DNA of 64,000 nucleotides, from assembly GCF_009914755.1 (NCBI RefSeq), contig NC_060927.1; one strand, given 5' to 3'. Of the stretch, positions 46,201-64,000 are shown piece after piece; position 1 is the stretch's first letter; each line of letters begins with the position of its first letter. This stretch comes from the human T2T-CHM13v2.0 reference genome, Homo sapiens. The position numbers were made by a program, and so were the translations under genes. The notes below the pieces were generated by a model. The model saw only the letters and a list, made by a program, of their open reading frames with translations. It was not told where the DNA came from and searched no databases.

Positions 46201-47190
46201 TGTTTGTTAATGGTATTGCAATTATGCTCTAAAAAGGAACCTTTTTTTTTTTTTTTTTGAGATACATGCTAATATAAAGATCAAATGATCTGGGGTTTGC
46301 TTCCAAAAAACACCTAGGGTTAAATGGAGGGAGTGATTGGGAACAGATGAAATCAGATTGCTGGCCAGGCGCGGTGGCTCACACCTGTAATCCTAGCACT
46401 TTGGGAGGCTGAGGCGGGTGAATCACCTGAGGTCAGGAGTTCGAGACCAGCCTGACCCACAGGGTGAAACCCCTCTCTACTAAAAATACAAAAATTAGCC
46501 AGGCATGGTGGCATGCGACTGCAGTCCCAGCTACTCGGGAGGCTGAGACAGGAGAATTGCTTGAATCCAGGAAGCAGAGGTTGCAGTGAGCTGAGATCTC
46601 ATAAATGTATGTCATGAGAACCTATGCATACATTTAAAACATGTAGCATAGGTTCTCATAATGTATGCATAAGCAACCTATGCATACATTTAAACATCTG
46701 AATACAAGATACGGTTCCTCCATTCTCTGTTTAGTCCTTTGAGAACAAGGACTGTGTCTTTCTCTTCACTATTCCCAGCACCATGTATCTGGCCTGATAC
46801 CTAGGTGGTGCCTAATAAAGGATGTTGAATGGAGAAATGATTGTAATTTGGAGGGGAAAAAATTCATCTGGAGATAAAAATACTGGCTGGTATTCTTATG
46901 AGTTTTTCTTAAAAGATGCAATCTACAAATTAAGATTCTTCTTTTTGCAACACCTTTGTTCTACTGAATTTTATTTACTTTTTTTGCTGAATATTAAAAT
47001 ATTATAATTTAATATTTTTTATTTTTTTGGAGGCAGGGTCTCACTCTGTCACCCAGGCTGGAGTGCAGTGGAGCGATCTTGGCTCACTGCAGCCTCAACC
47101 TCCTGGGCTCAAGTGACCTCAGTCTCCCAAGTATCTGGGACTACAGGCACACATCACCACACCCAGCTAATTTTTTGTATTTTTCTGTAG

Positions 47191-47409
<219 letters not shown>

Positions 47410-47744
47410 TAGTTTTAGTAGAGATGGGGTTTCACCATGTTAGCCAGGATGGTCTCGATCTACTGACCTTGTCATCTGCCCACCTCTGCCTCCCAAAGTG
47501 CTGGGATTACAGGTGTGAGCCACCACACCCGGCCCCATAACTTAAATGCTCAGGACTATTACACTAATTTAGTTTAATTTATACTAAACTAAATCAACAC
47601 ATTCTAAGAAATAAATTTGCCTGGTCAGAGTAGGCCAAAACAAGAGTAAAATAAACAACTATTGGCTGGGCATGATGGCTCACGCCTGTAATCCCAGCAT
47701 TTTGGGAGGCTGAGGTGGGCAGATCACCTGAGGTCAGGAGTTCA

Positions 47745-47990
<246 letters not shown>

Positions 47991-48824
47991 TTATGTCAGG
48001 ATAATAGACATAATAAACCAGGGCTATCATATATCTATGATGTGATATACAAAACAGGAATTCCCTTTAAATGTCAATAACTTATAATGAACCCTATTTC
48101 TATTTTCACATTCTGTTAAACAGGTTAAGCAGGTTATATTTATGAAAGTATTTAAATTATGCCAGAAATTTAAAAGTTTTTGGTTTAAAGCCAGAAAAAT
48201 GATTTACAAGTAGCCATAATCAAAATCAACTGTGGCAGAAATCACATGTAAACATTAAACTGTATTCATATCCACGCTCAATTTTCAATGGCTTCAAACC
48301 CATTCTACCAATTGACTCCAGGCAACTATAGGTAACTGAGATTCTAGCTCTAAACTGAAGAAGAAAAACCACTTTCCCAAGTACAGCAAATTATTTAAGG
48401 ATATTTAATATCCTCCTTATAGAAGATTATTAGAATCCTAAAACATTACAAGAATTAAGGAAATTTATGTCCAAACATTGTACTTTTTTCTTGTCTTTGG
48501 TTCCCTCAGATTCTGACAGATTTCTTCACACTTGAATAAGAAGTCTGCCAGCAGGGTCAGTGGGTCCTTGGAGGGGTTTTCCACTCCCTTTTTACCCCTT
48601 CCTCCTCCTGGCACCCAGCTGGACTTGTGGCCCAATCTCCTACCCCAAGGCAGCAGAGCCACATTCAGCCAGGTAGGGATTTTGATTTTAATCCCTGGTC
48701 CTCTCATTCAACACTCAACCTTGGGTACCTTTCTTTCCTACTCTGCCTCATTTCCTCTTAGTGTACAACAAGGGAGGAAAGGCCAAATCATCTGCCAGAA
48801 CTCTCCTAGAAGAGAGAAATCTCA

Positions 48825-49274
<450 letters not shown>

Positions 49275-49286
49275 TCATAACCATGA

Positions 49287-49544
<258 letters not shown>

Positions 49545-50558
49545 TAGGTAGGGTCTCAGCTCTGTTGCCCAGGATGGAGTGCAGTGTTGTGATCATAATT
49601 CACTGCAGTCTCAACCTCCTGGGCTCAAGCGATCCTCCTGCCTCAACATATGGAGTAGCTGGGACTGTGGGCATGTGCCACCATGCCAGGCTAATTTTTG
49701 TAGAGACAGGTCTCACTATGTTGCCCAGGCTGGTCTCGAACTCCTGGGCTCAAGCAATCTTTCTGCCTCAGCCTCCCAAAGTCTTGGGATTACAAGCGTT
49801 GAGTCACCACGCCCAACCCATAATTGTGACCTATTCTATAGAAAGGGGTGTTAACAGTGTGTACAAACACATACCAAGTCATCAGAAGAGGGGTCAATCC
49901 ATGCTCTGGCAGGTGATCAATTTTCTTTTTTTTGAGACAGAGTCTCGCTCTGTTGCCCAGGCTGGAGTGCAGTGGCGCAATCTCGGCTCACTGCAACCCC
50001 CGCCTCCCAGGTTCAATCAGTTCTCTGCCTCAGCCTCCCTAGTACCTGGGATTACAGGTGCCCGCCACCATACCCAACTAATTTTTTTGTATTTTTAGTA
50101 GAGACAGGGTTTCACCATGTTGGCCAGGCTGGTCTTGAACTCCTGACCTCATTATCCACCTGCCTTGGCCTCCCAAAGTGCTGAGATTATAGGCGTGAGC
50201 CACTGCGCCCGGCCGATCAATTTTCTTAAACCAAATCAAATAAGGTGTCCTTTAACTCAGCCACTCAGAATTCTACATTAATCCATTTCAGTTGGTTGAC
50301 TAGCTCAAACTGCAGTTTTTCTTTCACTAATTTGGATGAATCTAACATAAAAAAGACAACAATTTAACGCTATCTTGAGCTGTAATCACTTATTCATTCA
50401 ACTATCCCTTAAGTACATATACTACGTGCCAGGTTCCATTTAGGTTCTAGGGATAAAGCAATAAAAAATCACCACCCAGCTGGGCACGGTGGCTCACGCC
50501 TGTAATCCCAGCACTTTGGGAGCCTGAGGCGGGCAGATCACCTGAGGTCAGGAGTTCA

Positions 50559-50873
<315 letters not shown>

Positions 50874-50940
50874 CTACTTATGCTGGCTAAACTACATCTG
50901 GAAATTGTATTCCATTCTAGGCATAGGTTAAGAGGTATGA

Positions 50941-51600
50941 TATATTAGTTATCAATTTATTGCCTTTCAGTTCCAAATCTATACTTTACTGCTCTGCTTT
51001 GCAATAATGAAGCTGGACTCTTCAAATGTTTTTCTTATGCCAATAGCAAGCACTGGAGGAATACTACAGGAGGAAGAGGATTTCCTCCTGGTTCCACTGT
51101 GTTTTCCTCTTCTTTCTCCCGTGGCCTCATGTGATGCGTGGGACACCCAGCGGTGCTCACCCACCAGTTTTAGGGATACCACATGAGTGGCTTCAGGTGA
51201 GTTCCAGTCACCCCAGCTAACTTCCCAGTGATTTTCGACAGCACCACCCAGAGCAGCTTCCTAGACAGTTTTGTTGGCACTCCAGCAAACAATACTCTTG
51301 CTTTTAACCCTCGGCTGGTGCCATCCTCAGGAACTTAAAACTGCAACAGACTACAGCTTTACCTCCTCAAAAGGTCTGAATCTCCGCCTTGGGTAGGCTC
51401 TCTCTCCAATCTGTCTCTTTCTTTCATACTCTGCCTCAGGCACAGAGGGAGTAGCTGCTCCTATAGCTGATACACCTACATCTTTCAGAGTTCTCTTTAC
51501 CCTTTAATGGTTAATCTATTACTAGTTAATAATTCTTTATGTTAACTTTCCCTTGTTCAAATTGCAATATTTCTGTTTCCAGACTGAACCCTGATCCAGA
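50941..51600 (+). mobile_element. ERV-L 5' LTR (LTR33/LTR41-like)
   Basis: Starts ...atcaatttattgcctttcagttccaaatc; homologous to 62837 onward; followed by a PBS-like site. Confidence 0.7.
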
Positions 51601-51602
51601 AC

Positions 51603-51620
51603 TGGTACAAAAAGTAGGGT
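51603..51620 (+). promoter_or_regulatory. Degenerate tRNA-Leu primer binding site
   Basis: TGGTACAAAAAGTAGGGT vs recalled TGGTACCAGGAGTGGGGT (14/18), directly after the LTR. Confidence 0.55.
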
Positions 51621-52605
51621 GATCTCAGAGGACGGACTTAAAAACATGGGATTTAGAAATTGGTTTGGTGGCACTCTTGGGTTTAAGTGCAGTGCTAAGC
51701 ACCTTGCCAATGGGAAAGGGGATGCTAGTAATCCAGGACATGCAAGATCGTGGCAATAATATACTGGCAAAAACCTTCAGAACATGTGTAGGAGTAGATC
51801 ATATAGCTGGAGGTGGCTCTAACAGTTCACCTCATTGGTTGACTGAAATTTTAGACTCGAGTAAATTATGTTTAAAAAAAAAAACCAAAAACAAATTTCA
51901 GCTGTGGCACATGACTGGGCTTGGTGGAGTTTCAAGATGCTGATGAATTTAAGGTCTGGCGCTTGAAAGAATCAGTGAAGCTTTTCAAGTAGATGAGATA
52001 TATTTGAATATGTAACCTTTAGTAACTACAGAATAGAGGTTGCTTTTTTTGTTTTTTTGGTCCCTTTCATAGGGGTAGCAGGGGTGAATTCTGAGGTGGC
52101 CCCAATCATCTGTAGGAATATTCACCTGACAGTTTCGTGTTTCTCCCCATAGCTGAGTTGGTCTTGTAGAAAATTTCTACGGAATTCAATTCCATTATTT
52201 AAAGTAGCTTTTCTATGAACCAGCTGTGGTCTGTAACTTGACAGTGTTAATACCAAATAGCAAGACCTAATCATGGTTCACATACTCAACAAATATATAA
52301 GACTAGTTTTTCAAGTAGGTCAGTTTTGGAACACATTAATTGTAACTAGATTAGCTATTTTACAATTAAGACAACTTTATAAACTGCTTTAATTTATAAA
52401 GGTTTTAAAATTACATTCTTTTGACTCTAAAGATTGTTGTTTTACAGCATATTCTTAAATACTACTGTTGAGCCATATATATGACAATGGTGAACTTTAA
52501 TGAATATCTGCACATCTGTAGTAAAATGCAATGCTACCTTCATTTTTTTGTTGGTATGCTGAAGAAACTTTTTAAAGTATCTCACTTTTTAAAAAATTGG
52601 TCAGA

Positions 52606-53956
52606 CCCTCTCCCTCTCCCTCCTCTCCCTCCTCTCCCTCTCCCCACGGTCTCCCTCTCCCTCTCTTTCCACGGTCTCCCTCTGATGCCGAGCCGAAGCT
52701 GGGCTGTACTGCTGCCATCTCGGCTCACTGCAACCTCCCTGCCTGATTCTCCTGTCTCAGCCTGCCTAGTGCCTGCGATTGCAGACGCGCGCCGCCACGC
52801 CTGACTGGTTTTCGTATTTTTTTGGTGGAGACAGGGTTTCGCTGTGTTGGCCGGGCTGGTCTCCAGCTCCTAACCGCGAGTGATCCGCCAGCCTTGGCCT
52901 CCCGAGGTGCCGGGATTGCAGACGGAGTCTCGTTCACTCAGTGCTCAATGGTGCCCAGGCTGGAGTGCAGTGGCGTGATCTCGGCTCGCTACAACCTCCA
53001 CCTCCCAGCCACCTGCCTTGGCCTCCCAAAGTGCCGAGATTGCAGCCTCTGCCCGGCAGCCACCCCGTCTGGGAAGTGAGGAGCGTCTCTGCCTGGCCGC
53101 CCATCGTCTGGGATGTGAGGAGCCCCTCTGCCTGGCTGCCCAGTCTGGAAAGTGAGGAGCGTCTCTGCCCGCCCGCCATCCCATCTAGGAAGTGAGGAGC
53201 GCCTCTTCCCGGCCGCCATCCCAACTAGGAAGTGAGGAGCGTCTCTGCCCGGCCGCCCACTGTCTGAGATGTGGGGAGCGCCTCTGCCCCGCCACCCCGT
53301 CTGGGATGTGAGGAGCGCCTCTGCCCGGCCGCGACCCCGTCTGGGAGGTGAGGAGCGTCTCTGCCCGGCCGCCCCGTCTGAGAAGTGAGGAGACCCTCCG
53401 CCCGGCAGCTGCCCCGTCTGAGAAGTGAGGAGCCCCTCCGCCCGGCAGCCACCCCGTCTGGGAAGTGAGGAGCCCCTCCGCCCAGCAGCCACCCCGTCTG
53501 GGAAGTGAGGAGCATCTCCGCCCGGCAGCCGCCCCGTCCGGGAGGGAGGTGGGGGGGTCAGCCCCCCCGCCCGGCCAGCCGCCCCATCCGGGAGGGAGGT
53601 GAGGGGCGCCTCTGCCCGGCCGCCCCTACTGGGAAGTGAGGAGCCCCTCTGCCCGGCCACCACCCAGTCTGGGAGGTGTACCCAACAGCTCATTGAGAAC
53701 GGGCCATGATGACAATGGCGGTTTTGTGGAATAGAAAAGGGGGAAAGGTGGGGAAAAGATTGAGAAATCGGATGGTTGCTGTGTCTGTGTAGAAAGAAGT
53801 AGACATGGGAGACTTCATTTTGTTCTGTACTAAGAAAAATTCTTCTGCCTTGGGATCCTGTTGATCTATGACCTTACCCCCAACCCTGTGCTCTCTGAAA
53901 CATGTGCTGTGTCCACTCAGGGTTAAATGGAAAAAATAAATAAATAAATTAAAAAA

Positions 53957-53979
<23 letters not shown>
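52606..53979 (+). mobile_element. SVA retrotransposon (probably SVA_C/D age), SINE-R 3'-truncated
   Basis: CCCTCT hexamer head, Alu-like region, GC-rich VNTR (~53050-53680), SINE-R to 53930, A-rich tail; 15-bp TSD AAAAAATTGGTCAGA at 52591-52605 and 53980-53994. Confidence 0.95.
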
Positions 53980-53988
<9 letters not shown>

Positions 53989-53990
53989 GT

Positions 53991-54248
<258 letters not shown>

Positions 54249-54844
54249 TTGTGTATTTTATATGCTTACATATTTTTCCATGGTACTGTAGGTCATTTTA
54301 GTGATTAAATTTGACACTTTTGACAGAAAAACAGGTCAATTAGTTCCTTGGGATCAAAAAGGGGTTGATTGCAAAGGGGCAGGAGGGAATTGATAGAGTG
54401 ATTTTACAATGGTTCTGCATCTTGAGTATGGTATGACTATGCATTTGTCAAATCTTAGGGTGAACTTTACTGAATGTAAATTCATGCTTCAATAAACAGG
54501 ACTTTAAAAACTTACAAAAAAAAACACAAAACAACAACAAAAGGACTGGGTGCAGTTCACACCTGTAATCTCAGCAGGGGGGCCAAGGTAGGAGGCTTGA
54601 GCCCAGGAGTTCAAGCCTAGAATGAGCAACACACAGAGACCCCATCTCCACAAAAAATAAAAAATTAACCAGGCACAGTGTCACATGCCTGTAATCCCAG
54701 CTACTCAGGAGGCTGAGGAAGGAGGACTACTTGAGCCTAGGAGTTCGAAATTACAGTGAGCTATGATCACGCCACTGCACTCCAGCCTGAGTGACCGAGT
54801 GAGAGCCTGTCTCTAAATAAATAAATAAAACTTTCTTTAAAAAA

Positions 54845-59700
<4,856 letters not shown>

Positions 59701-59932
59701 ATGAGGATGAACTTTCTCTTTGTTATATTTGGTATTTGTTTGTATATTCTAACCATTTTCTTCTTTCCTTCTTCCCATTATTATAAGTTGGAATTAGTTC
59801 AGTTTAGTTTTGTTTTTTTGAGACCGAGTCTCACTCTGTTGCCCAGGCTGGAGTGCAGTGGTGCGATCTTGACTCACTGCAACCTCCGCCTCCCAGCTTC
59901 AAGTGATTCTCTTGCCTCAGCCTCCTGAGTAG

Positions 59933-60202
<270 letters not shown>

Positions 60203-60317
60203 TGATCCACCCAACTCGGCCTCCCAAAGTGCTGAAATTACAGGCATGAGCCACCGCACCCGCCTTGAAATTAGATTTATAATACAACTTTTGGTAACAA
60301 ACTAGTCAGTGGAACTT

Positions 60318-62467
<2,150 letters not shown>

Positions 62468-62836
62468 TGGAACTTCTATTTGAGGACTGATAAACAGCCA
62501 GCAGGCCAAGCACAGTGGCTCACACCTATAATCCCAGGACATTGGGAGGCTGAGGCCGGAGGATTGCTTGAGCTCAGGAGTTTGAGACTAGCCTGGGCAA
62601 CACAGCAAAACCCTGATTCTATTAAAACAAACAAACAAACAAAAATATAGCCAGCAATGGATACAATGACTATGGGGCTGAGCATGTCCTCATTCCTCAT
62701 TTTAGAACAAGGGTGAGAGTTTCACCCTCTGACATAGCTGTATCTTGTTAGGTAGAAACATAAGAGTTTCATTGTTATATGGGAGCTCAAATGTGTGTAA
62801 AGTGCATATGGAAGCTAAGTAGCCAAAATAATAGGC

Positions 62837-63916
62837 TATGCAAGTAATCAATATATTGCCTCTCAATTCCAAATCTACCTTTCATTGCCCTGCCTGTAAT
62901 AATGTAAACATTTCTTCCTAGAGAGCGGGCATGATGACACTAAGCTTAGTAGAGGGCATGGAAGGAAAGGGTTTCTCTTCCTGGTTCTAGTGTGCTTTTG
63001 CATCTTCTTACTTCCATGGTGCTCTGCTGGTGTGCAGAACACCCCATGGTGCTCATCCCAACAAGCTTTAGTGGGCATTCTCATGGACATCTTCCCAGGC
63101 AAGTTCCACCAGTGCCTCAAACAGGCTTGCTGGTGATGCCGCAGCACCCCCAAGTACAGCTTCCTGCTTAACTACCTTTGAGGTAGAAGACCAGCAGGAC
63201 TTAATTTCCTGTCGCACCCTGCTGATTGGAACAAGATCTGGCTGAAACCAGCAGATGCTGACAAAAGTAACCTCGAGTTGCCCTCAGGGTTTATTAGCAT
63301 AAAGACACTCCTACCAGTGCCATGGCAGTTTACAAATGCCATGGCAACAGCCTAGAAGTTACCTTATCTGATTCCCAGAAACTTCCAGCCCCTTTTCCAG
63401 AAAGTTCTAAATAACCTGCCTCTTAATTAGCATGTAATTAATAACAGATATAAACAGCTAGCTAGCAGCTCACAGACACCGATTCTGGGCACACTGCCTA
63501 TGGGTTAGCCCTGCTCAGCAAGAAGCAGCACTGGTTCAATAAAAGTTTCTTTCTCTCACTACTGGCTCACCCTTAAATTCTTTCCTGGCAAAGCCAAGAA
63601 CCCTCCTGGGTTAAGCCCCAGTCTGGGGGCTTGTTTGCCCCACATCACCCTGACCTGCAGCAACTCAGCAAACATCTTTACTACCAAATGGAGACTTCCT
63701 CCAAGATATGCAATCAGCTTTGGGGGCAGGGTGGGGGAGGGGCGCATACTTTTCCAAATTTGTTATTTCTTTGTGTACTCTGCCCCAGCCCTAAGGGTAG
63801 TGACTATTCCCTATATCTGTCATTCCTGTATTCTTTAGAGTTCTCTTTACCCCTATAGTAAATTCTCTGTTCAATTTATGGTGTAGCTTCTGTCTCCTGA
63901 ATAGACTCTGATCCAA
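62837..63916 (+). mobile_element. ERV-L 3' LTR, split by a nested LTR
   Basis: atcaatatattgcctctcaattccaaatc start and ttctctttaccc...ctgatcca end both match the 5' LTR. Confidence 0.7.
63179..63647 (+). mobile_element. ERV1 solo LTR (MER66/MER41-related)
   Basis: TG...CA termini, agtttacaaatgccatggcaac core, TATAAA-like box, AATAAA, gccaagaaccctc end. Confidence 0.7.
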
Positions 63917-64000
63917 ATATTGGCCATTAAAAACAGCATAAATCTACATAATAGGAAAGAGTGGAAGAAAAAATGAAAGATGTTTAACCCAAAGAAAATA

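Noticed and set aside
52725-53693. Several ORFs up to 234 aa
   Set aside because: Stop-poor GC-rich SVA VNTR and Alu-like region

Overview
Human (primate) genomic DNA, not prokaryotic. It is the middle of the MAP4 gene (microtubule-associated protein 4) on the minus strand. Seven coding exons can be built from canonical ag/gt splice sites, all phase 1-1: 123, 114, 123, 1224, 123, 3384 and 51 nt. They encode the acidic N-terminal projection domain with its KDM repeats, a very large alternative insert exon and a 17-codon microexon. The first exons and the microtubule-binding-repeat exons lie outside the window. The introns are very Alu-dense and also hold L1/MIR/DNA-transposon fossils, a Y1 RNA retrocopy and an intact AluYb8. 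A ~13 kb decayed ERV-L provirus (LTR-PBS-gag-pol-dUTPase-LTR) carries nested passengers: a 3'-truncated SVA, a VPS26A processed pseudogene, an ERV1 solo LTR and an unidentified insert. Best leads: a candidate 36-nt in-frame MAP4 microexon, a cluster of RBFOX sites downstream of the giant exon, repeated basic and YMRPTxS motifs inside that exon, serial reuse of one L1-endonuclease site, and possible G-to-A hypermutation of the ERV-L. I see no evidence for a wholly new gene system. Repeat subfamily names and protein comparisons come from recall and need RepeatMasker/BLAST confirmation.
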